This document shows, piece by piece, positions 52,590 to 62,952 of a stretch of 64,000 bases of DNA. How positions within the stretch are numbered: position 1 is the first letter of the stretch; the number at the start of each line of letters is the position of its first letter. The translations under genes were made by a program, and so were the position numbers. Origin of the DNA: an uncultured delta proteobacterium (GTDB lineage: Bacteria > Desulfobacterota > Zymogenia > Zymogenales > Zymogenaceae); assembly GCA_963848155.1 (NCBI GenBank), contig CAWKCL010000007.1:1201443-1265442 (forward strand), read 5' to 3'. The notes beneath the pieces are model-generated. The model ran no database searches. It saw only the letters and a program-made list of their open reading frames with translations, and was not told the origin of the DNA.

Positions 52590-53324
52590 TTAATTCCTTT
52601 TATCTTTTGACGGAATCCGGTACGGGATAAGCATGGGCACCTGCCTCTGATACCTCCGGTACGAGTCGCCGAACTCGCCTACCAGATCACGCTCCTCCAG
52701 GAACGAGGCGACCACGATCCAGGCCGTCCAGAGGATGTTGAAAAGCAGCCGGTCGGCGGTCAGGTCCGGGTAGGCCCAGATCATCAGCACGATGAAGAAG
52801 TAAAGGGGATGGCGCACCCAGCGGTACGGCCCCGCTGCCACCAGCGGCATGGGCCTGGGCTCTCTGCCCCTCATGCGGTTGATGATCGGGCTTGTCCCGA
52901 AGGGGTCGAAGAACTTGAGCGACCGTACGCCCCAGACAAACCCCGCTATGGAAAGAATCGGCACCGCGCGCAACGCCCACCTGACGGCGCCGTGGGCCGA
53001 GGCGATGACCGCGTCTGATTCCTGCCAGAACGCGACCATTACCAGGAGCGCGATGCCGGAGGCGACCGTGTAGAGGACGCCGAAATATTCCGGGGAGACC
53101 AGGCGGGTCATCCACGTGCGGAATGATTTACGGATCATCACGCTGTGTTGAATGAAAAACACGAGCGACAGCCCTGCGTCAAGCCAGAGGAGGCCGCGCT
53201 GACCCAGCCCCAAGTCCAGCGGACTCACGGGGCCGATCACGAGAAAGGCAAGAAACGCCAGGAGCGAGGCCCAGCCGATAAAGACGGCCGCGCCGATCGC
53301 CGTGTGTGCGATACGTGTGTTCAT
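52590..53324 (-). CDS. ICMT/PEMT-family membrane methyltransferase
   Basis: 244 aa, multi-TM. ...RWVRHPLYFFIVLMIWAYP... motif. Confidence 0.55.
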   Translation of the reverse strand: MNTRIAHTAIGAAVFIGWASLLAFLAFLVIGPVSPLDLGLGQRGLLWLDAGLSLVFFIQHSVMIRKSFRTWMTRLVSPEYFGVLYTVASGIALLVMVAFWQESDAVIASAHGAVRWALRAVPILSIAGFVWGVRSLKFFDPFGTSPIINRMRGREPRPMPLVAAGPYRWVRHPLYFFIVLMIWAYPDLTADRLLFNILWTAWIVVASFLEERDLVGEFGDSYRRYQRQVPMLIPYRIPSKDKRN

Positions 53325-53332
53325 GGGTATCT

Positions 53333-53636
53333 CCCTTGAGGTGTGCCGGAATTCGGCCTACAGGATATCCTTCATGACGGGCCCCAGCACGCCTTTGACC
53401 ACGTCGGTCAGCGCGTCGATCTTCATCAGCGCGATGCAGCAGACCTGCCCCGTCCTTCTCCATGCTCACCACGGCGAGCTTGTCGCCCGGGCCGATGCCG
53501 GCCTGCTCCCTGATTTCCTTGGGCAGCACCATCTGGCCCCGCTCGTCGACCGACACGATCGACTGGACCCGGCAGCAGGAAGGCTGCCGGCCGGCTGCGG
53601 CCGCGTCTTTCTTTTTAGTATCTTCCCCGCTCATCG
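53333..53636 (-). CDS. AbrB/MazE/SpoVT-type small DNA-binding protein (apparent frameshift in C-terminal half)
   Basis: ...IVSVDERGQMVLPKEIREQAGIGPGDKLAV... swapped-hairpin motif. Lies inside a spurious 406-aa ORF. Confidence 0.45.
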
Positions 53637-53767
53637 GCAACTCCATGAAATGTAGTGAATCTTGAAATAGCCAATTAATCAGAATAATCAGTATAGTCTG
53701 ATTATGAACACTCGACGGCTGAATGTCAAGCACTTTTTTCGGTTTTTTCTGTGACGGCGGCCAGCCC

Positions 53768-53800
53768 ATCCGCACGCTTGACAATCGTCTCCGCTGTAGT
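53768..53800 (+). promoter_or_regulatory. sigma70-like promoter ACGCTTGACAATCGTCTCCGCTGTAGTATGCT upstream of nfeD
   Basis: TTGACA, 17 nt, TATGCT. Near-identical copy at 54311-54345. Confidence 0.45.
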
Positions 53801-53856
53801 ATGCTACATGCACGTACCTGTTTCACTTCTCCTTTTATTATTCCGGGATACGCATC

Positions 53857-54309
53857 ATGACGCCTGCCGTTGAAATCTGGTGGATATGGATAGCCGCGGG
53901 GATCGTGCTGGCCGTCGTGGAGATTATCGTACCGGGAGTATTCATCATCCCGTTCATAATCGGGGCGGTTGCCGCGGGGGCGCTGGCCTACGCCGGCCTC
54001 GGACCCGCGGTCCAGTGGACGGCGTTTGGGGTCGTATCCGGCGTGCTGCTCCCCCTCGCGCTGCTTATCACGAAAAGAATCATGAAAAGGATCCCGCCGC
54101 CGATCGGCGCAAACCGGGTAATCGGCATGCGGGGTCCGGTCACGATTGCCGTGGATAACCGGACAAACAAGGGTCATGTCCGTCTCGGGGGCGAACTCTG
54201 GCGGGCCGAGAGCGAGCTGGGAGGGGACATCCCCGTTGGGATCGTCGTGGAGGTGACGGCCGTCAAAGGGATCCGCGTCGTGGTCAGGGAGATCAGCAAA
54301 GAACGCTAG
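53857..54309 (+). CDS. NfeD-family membrane protein (short form, C-terminal OB-fold)
   Basis: Three N-terminal TM helices, then ...VIGMRGPVTIAVD...GHVRLGGELWRAES...VGIVVEVTAVKGIRVVV. Confidence 0.6.
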   Translation: MTPAVEIWWIWIAAGIVLAVVEIIVPGVFIIPFIIGAVAAGALAYAGLGPAVQWTAFGVVSGVLLPLALLITKRIMKRIPPPIGANRVIGMRGPVTIAVDNRTNKGHVRLGGELWRAESELGGDIPVGIVVEVTAVKGIRVVVREISKER

Positions 54310-54310
54310 C

Positions 54311-54345
54311 CTATAGCTACGCTTGACAATCGTTTCGCCGGGAGT
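54311..54345 (+). promoter_or_regulatory. second copy ACGCTTGACAATCGTTTCGCCGGGAGTATACT upstream of the amidase gene
   Basis: TTGACA, 17 nt, TATACT. The 17-nt core ACGCTTGACAATCGT is identical to 53773-53789. Confidence 0.45.
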
Positions 54346-54486
54346 ATACTGGTCGGCGTTTCCATATATAACCGGGGTGACACTCCTCCCAATCTCCACG
54401 TCCGCCTCGATCCGCCGCCCCGCGACTCTAACATCGTGTCACCGTATGGCTGCTCTTCATTTCCACCCATTCATAAGGAGAAATCC

Positions 54487-55981
54487 ATGGCCGGCATTAA
54501 AGAATACGTAAAATACGATGCCCTGGGGCTGGCGGACCTGGTAAAGAAGAAGAAGGTCTCGGCCGCCGAGCTCGTGGAGGAGGCGATCGGCCGTATCGAG
54601 GCCGGAAACCCGAAGCTCAACGCCGTTATCCACGCCATGTACGACATCGGCCGGAAGGCCGCAAAAGGCAAGCTCCCGAATGGGCCGTTTACGGGCGTGC
54701 CGTTTCTTCTCAAGGACCTGCTGGACGCCTACGCCGGTGTCCCGCTGACGAGCGGGTGCCGCGCCTACCGGAACTTCGTGCCTGTGCGCGACAGCGCAAT
54801 GGTAGAGCGCTATAAAAAGGCGGGCCTGGTGATCGATCGGCAAGACGAACCTGCCGGAGTTCGGGCTGGTGGCCTACACCGAGCCGGACCTCTTCGGGCC
54901 GTGCCGCAACCCCTGGAACCTCGACCGCACCCCGGGCGGCTCAAGCGGCGGGTCCGCCGCGGCCGTCGCCGCGGGCTTTGTGCCGATGGCCTCCGGCGGC
55001 GACGGGGGCGGGTCGATCCGCATCCCCTCATCAAACTGCGCGCTCTTCGGCCTCAAGCCCTCCCGAGGCCGAAACCCGACCGGGCCGGACTACGGCGAGC
55101 TGTGGCAGGGGGCCGTCGTGGGCCACGTGCTGAGCCGCTCGGTGCGCGACAGCGCGGCTGCGCTGGACGCGCTGGCCGGGCCGGACCCGGGCGCGCCCTA
55201 CGTGATCGCGCCGCCCGAGCGTCCGTACAGCCAGGAGATCAGGAAAAACCCGGGCAAGCTCACGATCGCGTTTAGCACGGTCTCTCCGGTCGGAAAGCCC
55301 GTGGACAAGGAAAATATCGCGGCCGTAAAGAAGACGGCAAAGCTTTTGGCCGGCCTCGGCCACCGGGTCGAGGAGAAGACCCCCCCGGTGGCATTCAGGG
55401 ACCTTGCGATCGGCTATTTCATCATGTACCTGGGCGAAATGGCCGCCGACATTAAGATTGTCAGGGACACGTACGGCAGGCGCGCCGCAAAGAGAGAGGT
55501 TGAGCTGGTCACCCGGACGCTGGGTCTGTTGGGCAGGGCCGTCACGTCCGGCGAGTTCGTGGCGGCGATCAGGGAATGGGACAAGGCCGCGCGGGTGATG
55601 GGGACGTTCTTCGAGAAATACGACCTCTTCCTGACGCCGACGACGGCCCGCCCCCCCGTAAAGATCGGGGAGCTCAAGCCCAAGCCCGCGGAAGTCGTGC
55701 TGATGAAGATCGTCAACGGCCTGGGGGCGGGAAAGCTCCTCAAGGCGACCGGCATCGTGGAGCAGCTTGCCATCGATAACCTCGCGGCCACGCCCTTCAC
55801 CCAGCTTGCCAACCTGACGGGGCTGCCGGCGATGTCCGTGCCGATGCACTGGACGGCCGACGGCCTCCCCTGCGGGGTGCATTTCGTGGCGCCGTTCGGC
55901 AACGAGGCGCGGCTGCTCTGCCTGGCGGCGCAATTAGAGAAGGCCGCTCCCTGGTTTAATAAACGGGCGCCGGGGTGGTAG
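54487..55981 (+). CDS. amidase-signature family amidase (apparent frameshift ~54.84 kb)
   Basis: ...[11 protein letters not shown]... and ...[33 protein letters not shown]... (GGSS[GS]G AS motif). Confidence 0.7.
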
Positions 55982-56095
55982 GAGAGCGGATTAGATATGC
56001 GGGAGGGAACGCCGGATTCGATAATCGCGATCCCTCCCCTTTCGCCCTGACCCTTCTATTTCCGGCATAGTAAGGAATAACGGATTGGAGGAGGT

Positions 56096-56674
56096 GTGGA
56101 GATGCCTACCGGTATGAAACGGACAATTACCCTCGCGGCGGTCCTTTCCTTCACGCTCGTCTGTGCCTCGGCCGCATGGTGCGCCGAGTTTACGGCCGAC
56201 GTCGATATCAATCAGAACGGCGCGCTCACCAGCGGCACGGCCTACGTCAAGGGCGCCAGCGTCCGGTACGAGCTGATGACCGGAGCGGGCGGGAAGGTCA
56301 TCATCTACCGCTCCGATTTCGGCGCGCAGTGGACGATTTTCCCACAGCATGAGGCTTACGACGAGGAGTGGGACAGCGACGACGATGATTTCATCGTCCC
56401 GGAGATAAATCCGCGGCTCATCGAAATCGCGACGGACGAATTACTCGGGACCGAAACCGTAGGGGGATTGGCCTGTGATATCCATTTCTACCGCTTTGAC
56501 GATCCCGCCCGGGGGACGCTCACGGTCTGGCGCGCCCGGGAAATCGATTACCCGGTTAAGATCGAGCTGAAGACGAGAGACTACTTCCTGACAAAGGAAT
56601 ACCGGAATATCAAGACGGGTCGGCTCGACGATTCGTTGTTTGAGCTTCCCAAGGGTTATAAGATGTTTAAATAG
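56096..56674 (+). CDS. secreted/periplasmic hypothetical protein
   Basis: Signal peptide ...TLAAVLSFTLVCASAAWCAEF. 192 aa. Acidic patch DEEWDSDDDDF. Confidence 0.4.
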   Translation: MEMPTGMKRTITLAAVLSFTLVCASAAWCAEFTADVDINQNGALTSGTAYVKGASVRYELMTGAGGKVIIYRSDFGAQWTIFPQHEAYDEEWDSDDDDFIVPEINPRLIEIATDELLGTETVGGLACDIHFYRFDDPARGTLTVWRAREIDYPVKIELKTRDYFLTKEYRNIKTGRLDDSLFELPKGYKMFK

Positions 56675-56728
56675 GAATGAGGCGGGCGCTATGTATGGTG
56701 CCCGCCCCACCTACTTTGTGCCTCTCCC

Positions 56729-57361
56729 CTACACCTCCTCGTACCTGACCACGAACGTGCACTCCGACGCGCCCATGAGCTTGCACTGCGTCTCCTCGAC
56801 GGTTGTCTTCATCAGGTCGGGGCGGGAGTTGGTAAGCTCGGTAAGCGCCCCGACTACGATGGCGCATCCCGGCCTGGTAATATCTTTTGTTATCTCTTTA
56901 TCCTTACAGATTTCGACGCACTCGTTGCATTGGGACCGGTGGATGAAAAATGTCTTCTCGTCCGGGAAGTGCCCCAACGTCTCTTCAGGTTTCATGCCGA
57001 ACATGTAGATGTAGGCGGATAGCAGCGTCACGAGCTTTTCGACAGGTTGTTGCGGGCTCTCGATCAGGGCGCGATAGGCCGGATTCCTTTTTTGCGCATC
57101 TTTTACCGCGCTAATCCCCGCCCGGAAGACTATGGGGTTATAGCCCTTGTTCCCGAGGATAACACGGACCCCGCTCCAGAAGCACTGGTACTCCTCGGTG
57201 GTTATCCGCTGCTCGGGGTCGTAGTCGGGGGGGGTCTTGATATACTGATCGAGTTTCGTATAGTTAAGGATCGCGTTCTTTCCGTTAGTGCCAATACTGT
57301 CCTCTATCGAGTCCAGGACGAGCCTAAATCCCAATCGGGTAATTCCCTGTATTTCGCCCAT
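56729..57361 (-). CDS. V4R (4-vinyl reductase) domain protein, paralog 1
   Basis: 210 aa. C-terminal ...CNECVEICKD...RPGCAIVVGALTEL...EETQCKLMGASECTFVV (V4R Cys pattern). Confidence 0.5.
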   Translation of the reverse strand: MGEIQGITRLGFRLVLDSIEDSIGTNGKNAILNYTKLDQYIKTPPDYDPEQRITTEEYQCFWSGVRVILGNKGYNPIVFRAGISAVKDAQKRNPAYRALIESPQQPVEKLVTLLSAYIYMFGMKPEETLGHFPDEKTFFIHRSQCNECVEICKDKEITKDITRPGCAIVVGALTELTNSRPDLMKTTVEETQCKLMGASECTFVVRYEEV

Positions 57362-57631
57362 TTGTAACCTCCACGATGTCGATCTGCAATAAGGGAGTAA
57401 AAAGCTTTATAATCCAAATACTATTTAAGCAAATGACGTGCCAGGTATGAGCGGGGAAATCTTGTGGCATAGGCATCCATTATTGCGGGGATAGTTTATT
57501 TTATGATACCAATGGTCGATTAGCTTGCCGGATGTGTTGACTGCAACGGGAATTGTATAGACAACGTGCAAAAGTATTTGTCACCGAGTAGGTAGTGTCG
57601 CCAGATAACGTCTCTCCCCTTCTCGCCCTCC

Positions 57632-58264
57632 CTACACCACCTCGTACCTGACCGTGAACGTGCATTCCGGCGCGCCCATGAGCTTGCACTGCGTCTCCTC
57701 CACCGTGGCCGTCAGGAGGTCTTTGCGGACGTTGGAAAGCTCCGTAAACGCCCCGACGATGAACGCGCACCCCGGCCTGGTGATGTCCCTGGTTATCTCC
57801 GCGTTCTTGCAGATCTCGACGCACTCGTTGCACTGGGGCCGGTGGATGACGACCGTTTTCTTGTCCGAAAGGTGCTCCATCGACTCCTCGGGTTTCATGC
57901 CGATCGCGTAGAGGTAGGCAGACAGCAGCGTCACGAGCTTATCGACCGGCGGCTGCGGGCTCTCTGCCAGGGCCTGGTAGGCCGGGTTTCGTTTCTTGGC
58001 GTCGCCGATGAGCGTTATCCCCGCCCGATATACGAGGGAGTTATACCCCTTGTTGCCGAGGATGACGCGGACCCCGCTCCATAGCTGCTGGTATTGTTCG
58101 GTGGGGATGCGCCCCTCGGGGTCATACTCGGGGGGCTCTTTTATGTACTGATCAAGCTTCGTGAAATTAAGGATCGCGTTCTTTCCATTGACGCCGATAT
58201 TTTCGGCCAGCGAGTCCAGAACGATTCGAAACCCCAATCGGGTGATTCCCTGTGTTTCGCTCAT
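57632..58264 (-). CDS. V4R domain protein, paralog 2 (~65% identical to 56729-57361)
   Basis: Start MSETQGITRLG, with GGAGG SD. Same C-terminal Cys pattern ...EETQCKLMGAPECTFTV. Confidence 0.5.
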   Translation of the reverse strand: MSETQGITRLGFRIVLDSLAENIGVNGKNAILNFTKLDQYIKEPPEYDPEGRIPTEQYQQLWSGVRVILGNKGYNSLVYRAGITLIGDAKKRNPAYQALAESPQPPVDKLVTLLSAYLYAIGMKPEESMEHLSDKKTVVIHRPQCNECVEICKNAEITRDITRPGCAFIVGAFTELSNVRKDLLTATVEETQCKLMGAPECTFTVRYEVV

Positions 58265-58358
58265 GAATGCCTCCACGATCGCGTTAGGAATATTCCACCA
58301 TAACGGGCAATCGTATCCGTTGCATTACGCAGAGTTACCTCAATCGATCGTTGTCGTT

Positions 58359-58766
58359 TCAGCTATTCCGTTTTCTTGTGAGGAGCTCGTCCGCTATCCG
58401 ATAAAAAGCCTTCCATACCCTCCCCTGGTCTTCGGGGGCGAGCCCGGATACAATCCGGTCGATCTCGGCCACGAGCGTGCGCATCCGCGATACGAAGCGT
58501 TCGTCGGCCGCCCCCATGCTGATCCTGCCGAAGACCTCCTGCGCGAAGGGGGAAAACGTCGCCCCCTCGGGGCCGATCACGGCGAACTTCACCCGCGCCA
58601 GGAAACGCATGCCGTTATCGCCGGGAAATGGCCGGTTATGGTTGAAGCCTCTCAGGACGATCTCGTCCGGTATCCCCTCCGGGAATGCGTCGCAGGCAAA
58701 AAGCCCGCTATTATCCTCGTGAAAACGGACGCACTTCAGGCAGAGCGGCGCGGGTCCCATAATCAT
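58359..58766 (-). CDS. hypothetical protein
   Basis: 135 aa. N-terminal CxxC...C cluster (CLKCVRF...ACDAF). No recognisable family. Confidence 0.3.
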   Translation of the reverse strand: MIMGPAPLCLKCVRFHEDNSGLFACDAFPEGIPDEIVLRGFNHNRPFPGDNGMRFLARVKFAVIGPEGATFSPFAQEVFGRISMGAADERFVSRMRTLVAEIDRIVSGLAPEDQGRVWKAFYRIADELLTRKRNS

Positions 58767-58817
58767 GGGTCATTACTCCAGATAAAACGGTAGATACGGC
58801 AAACACGGTGACTGCTG

Positions 58818-59471
58818 TCAGCCCAGCCCTTCCATGAGTCCCTTGACCTCCCGCATGAAAGCGCCGCGAACCTTGAAGGTCAGCTCAACCGGCGAAAGGA
58901 TCATCCGGTCGGGATCGGTCAGGGAGGCCCGGTTGCCGGCCTCGATGAGGGCCTCGCGCGCCCGGTCGGTATTCCCCGTTCGGGTGCGGATCACCCCCCG
59001 AATGGCCGCAAGCGTGGCATAGACTCCCTCCCGAACCGGCCCCTCCGGATTACGGTAGGCGGCCAGCGCCCGCTCGAAGTGGGGGGCGGGGTCGTTGCCG
59101 GTCTTATCGACGATCCTTCCCATCAGGTAGTGTTCTTTTGTCCCCATGACCTTCCCCACCCGGTCTGCCAGCGCTTGTTGGGCCTCGGCGTATCGACCCG
59201 TATGAAATAGGCACAGAGCCATGTCGGCGGCCACGTCCGTCCGCTTCGGAGAAAGCTCCAGCACCTTCCCGAAGGCCTCGGCGGCCGGACGAAAATCGGC
59301 CCGTTCCATCAGGATGAATCCCCGGGCGTCCCACGCCACGGCATTGTCCGGCTCGTGGTCGATGATTGTGCGGAAATAGGCCAGGCTCTCGTCGAACCTC
59401 CCCAGTTCGTACAGCAACAACCCGCAGTGGCCCCACGCGGGCACGTTAATCGGCTCCTTTTTGATCATCAT
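58818..59471 (-). CDS. TPR-repeat protein
   Basis: 217 aa. Repeated ...A..W...G......A...F..AL.L.P TPR units. Confidence 0.55.
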   Translation of the reverse strand: MMIKKEPINVPAWGHCGLLLYELGRFDESLAYFRTIIDHEPDNAVAWDARGFILMERADFRPAAEAFGKVLELSPKRTDVAADMALCLFHTGRYAEAQQALADRVGKVMGTKEHYLMGRIVDKTGNDPAPHFERALAAYRNPEGPVREGVYATLAAIRGVIRTRTGNTDRAREALIEAGNRASLTDPDRMILSPVELTFKVRGAFMREVKGLMEGLG

Positions 59472-59904
59472 CAGGAAGAGGTCGAGAGAGCGCCGATAGA
59501 ACTCCTTCCGCTCGGCGACCTCGATGAGGTCGGGGACGTCCCTGAGGGAGACGACGGTGGCGCGGTGCGTGGTCGGTTGTCGGTTGGATGGCGCCGCTCC
59601 TGTGTATTGACGGTAAAACGGGCGGTCGCCCGTAGCATGTGACAGACACTCCCGGCGGGCGGCGTGACGAAATCCGGCCGCAGCATGGCCCCGGGCAGCG
59701 CCCGCGACACGAGAAAACCGGGGCTGTTACCCTTGTTCGGGACAATTGTAGCCTCCCAAACACCTTGCGTCAAACCTTTTTAGGACGGTAGTTCATTTTT
59801 TTCGGCGTCGAATCACTTTTTATGGGAGGTATACATTATGCTTGAAAATAGCGTTTAATTCTGGTATGAATAGATTGTCGTATTATCTTATTATGTGAAG
59901 GATT

Positions 59905-62051
59905 ATGAAAACGTTACAAGCTCTCGCATGTCTTATTGTCGTTCTCATCGCGGCGCCGGCGGCGTTTGCCCAGTTCCCGATGCGTCCGACTTCGGAGATA
60001 CCACGATACCGATCATGGTGTCGGCGGATATGCTTTCATACGACCGGGAGAATAAGATATACACCGCCGAGGGGAACGTCGAGATCACCCGCGGCCCCAT
60101 GGTCCTGAAAGCCGACCGCGTTAGCATGAACGGGGAGACGAAAGAGGCGGAGGCCACCGGGAACGTCTATTACTTCAACGGCAGCGACGAAATCAAGGGC
60201 GATCGCTTCAAGCTCAATATCGACACCCAAACGGGCGTCGTCTATAAGGGGATGATGTTCTACGCCGACAAGCATTTCTATATTACCGGCGACGAAATGG
60301 AAAAACTCGGCGAGAAGACCTATCGCATCCGCGAGGGGAGCCTTACCTCGTGCGATGGGGCGGTCCCCGCGTGGAAGATTACCGGGAAACGATCCGAAGT
60401 TACGCTGGAAGGATACGGCAAAATCTGGAACGGCGCATTCTGGATCAAGAATTTTCCGGTTGCCTATATCCCCTTCGGGATATACCCTGCGCGGACCAAG
60501 CGGGCATCCGGGTTCCTCTTCCCCTCCTTCGGCCAATCCGGCAAAAAAGGCTTCGAGGTGAGGAATGCCTACTTCTGGGCCATCAATCGGAGCATGGACG
60601 CAACATTTACCGCGGACGTCATGACCGAACGGGGAGTACTCGGGGGCCTTGAATACCGCTACTTCCTCAGGCCCGACCTAAGAGGAATACTGAATTACAC
60701 CTTCATCGATGACGCCGGATACGACTTCGAGGACGGGACGAAGAGCGAAGAAGGCTTCCGATGGGGTGCCGAGTATTATCATCGGCAGACGCTTCCCGGC
60801 GATATTAAAGCGCTGGTCGATATCAACCTCGTTTCAGACGATACCTATCTTGAGGATTTTGCCGATAACGTCAATATGAGGACCTCCTCCTACCTGGAAT
60901 CGAGCGCGTCGCTGCTCAAGGAGTGGTATCCCGTTTCAATGATGCTGGACGCGTCCTGGTTTCAAAACCTGAACGATAAGATCGACTCCGATCGGGCGAC
61001 CGTCCAGCGGCTCCCGCGGTTTACCGCGTACGTACGTCCCGCATTCCTCTTTGGAACACCGGTGGCCTTTGAGATGGACGGCTCGGTGACCAATTTCTAC
61101 CGCGAGGAGGGAGTCAGGGCGCTCCGCCTTAATGTCGCCCCACGCCTCACGGCAAATATCGCGCCCGGTTATTTCTCCATTACCCCGTGGATTGAGGGCG
61201 ATTTCAGCTGGTGGTGGATCAATGGGGACAGCTCCTATCCGGACGAAATGGATCGGGCCACGTACACCGCCGGCGTGGAGTTCTCGACGTATCTGGCCAA
61301 AACGTATGCCCTGGATTCGGAAACATACTCGTCCATGAGGCACATCATCAAACCGGTCGTCGGATACCGATACTCGCCGCCGATGGATGAGGAGTCCTAC
61401 CCCAACTTTGACGACAAGGATAGGATCAGGAGCACCAGCCTCCTGTACGTATCACTCATTAACCGGATTCTGGCGCACCGGACGAAAGCCGAGGGCAACG
61501 GGTTCTCTGACGAGCTTTTGTATGCCGAGATCGGGGTCGGGATCGATTTCATGCCGGATATCCCGTGGCTCGGGTACTCGGTTGACGACCCCCATACGGT
61601 CAGCTACTTCGAGCTGAGGTATTCGCCGTCAACCTATATCACTTTTCGGGGTAAAGGGAAGTTCGATCATACTATTGACCGGGTCTTATACCTGAGCACG
61701 GACGTTCGGCTTAATGACGTTCGGGGCGATGCACTCTCGCTGGGTTACGTCCTCCAATCGGACCTCCTCTATCAGGACGAGAATGAGCACCTTTTCGGGT
61801 CGCTTAAGCTGGTTGTGAACAAATCAATGGACGTTACGCTTGGGGCGCGATACTCCTTCGACCAGGACGGTTTACGCTACCTCGGCGGGAGCATCAACTA
61901 TCACCGGCAGTGCTGGGGGGTCGACCTTACCGTCTATAACAACCTGTACCCGGAGGGCAACGAACCCGATGAACTCGGCGTTTTTATGAGCATTACCCTG
62001 ACGGGCCTCGGGACCCTGCCGAGGATCAATCTCGGCCAGACGACCTACTAA
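59905..62051 (+). CDS. lptD: LPS-assembly protein LptD (OstA), signal peptide in a different frame (apparent frameshift ~60.0 kb)
   Basis: Signal peptide [22 protein letters not shown] in the 59905 frame. The main frame has an OstA-N beta-jellyroll (...[24 protein letters not shown]...) and a large OstA-C barrel with an aromatic-rich C-terminus. Confidence 0.75.
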
Positions 62052-62283
62052 CCTTCGGGAGGCGCGCGCAGCCCCGCACGCCCCGGGCGCCCTATGTGCA
62101 TATATCGCCAAGTTCGGATTTGGGCGCCCCTTCGGAGGGGAATCCGTTGCCTGCCTTCAAACAAGGCGCACCCGAGCAGTATGCGTACCCGCTCAAACGC
62201 GGCGGCCGCTTTCCGGATCGTTGCGAAAGTCCCCGGTCTTTCTACCCTCCGAAACGCCACGGCAATCAAGAAAGGATCCATCG

Positions 62284-62661
62284 ATGGTAACGCTTGACTT
62301 TAAGAAGATCGGCGGCCTTGTCCCCGCCATTATCCAGGATCACCTTACCGGGGAAGTCCTCATGCTCGGATTCATGAACGAGGAGTCGTGGAACCTGACC
62401 CTGAAGGAAGGGACCGTCGTCTTCTACTCCCGGTCGAGAAACAAGCTCTGGAAGAAGGGCGAGACATCGGGGCACGTTCAGATCGTAAAAGAGATTCGCG
62501 TGGATTGCGACGACGATAGCCTTCTCATCAGGGTGGAGCAGGTCGGCGGAGCGGCATGTCACACGGGCTACCGATCCTGCTTCTTCCGAAAGCTTGACGG
62601 AAGCGATCTTGTTGCCGACGGCGCCCCCGTATTCAACCCCGAAGACGTATATAAGAAATAG
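62284..62661 (+). CDS. hisI: phosphoribosyl-AMP cyclohydrolase
   Basis: 125 aa. ...LVPAIIQD...[13 protein letters not shown]...ETSGH...C.DDDSLL..V...[13 protein letters not shown]... Confidence 0.8.
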   Translation: MVTLDFKKIGGLVPAIIQDHLTGEVLMLGFMNEESWNLTLKEGTVVFYSRSRNKLWKKGETSGHVQIVKEIRVDCDDDSLLIRVEQVGGAACHTGYRSCFFRKLDGSDLVADGAPVFNPEDVYKK

Positions 62662-62952
62662 TCCTATTACCCATTACCGATTCCGGTCACTACACGGTCC
62701 TCGTTCCGGCCGAAAGAGCCGGTACCGCCGCCGCGATACGTATCCGCACCTCAGCGGACGACCGTTTCAAAGGTACGATTCAGTCGTGCCCGGTCGATCG
62801 GACCTTCGGTAGGGGAAATACCGGGCCGGGGAGACCACGTGTAAGGTGGTGGGAGGCCCGCCGTGCCTCTTCAAGATCGAAGCGCGGCAACAGCCGAGAG
62901 GCGGCAGAGGCCGTCCGTCCGGCAGACTATCCTATTATTTCAGGAAATACGC

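Noticed and set aside
53179-54399. 406-aa minus-strand ORF
   Set aside because: Spurious long ORF, R/D/H-rich and low-complexity. It overlaps nfeD on the opposite strand. Only the 53333-53636 AbrB-like part is plausible.
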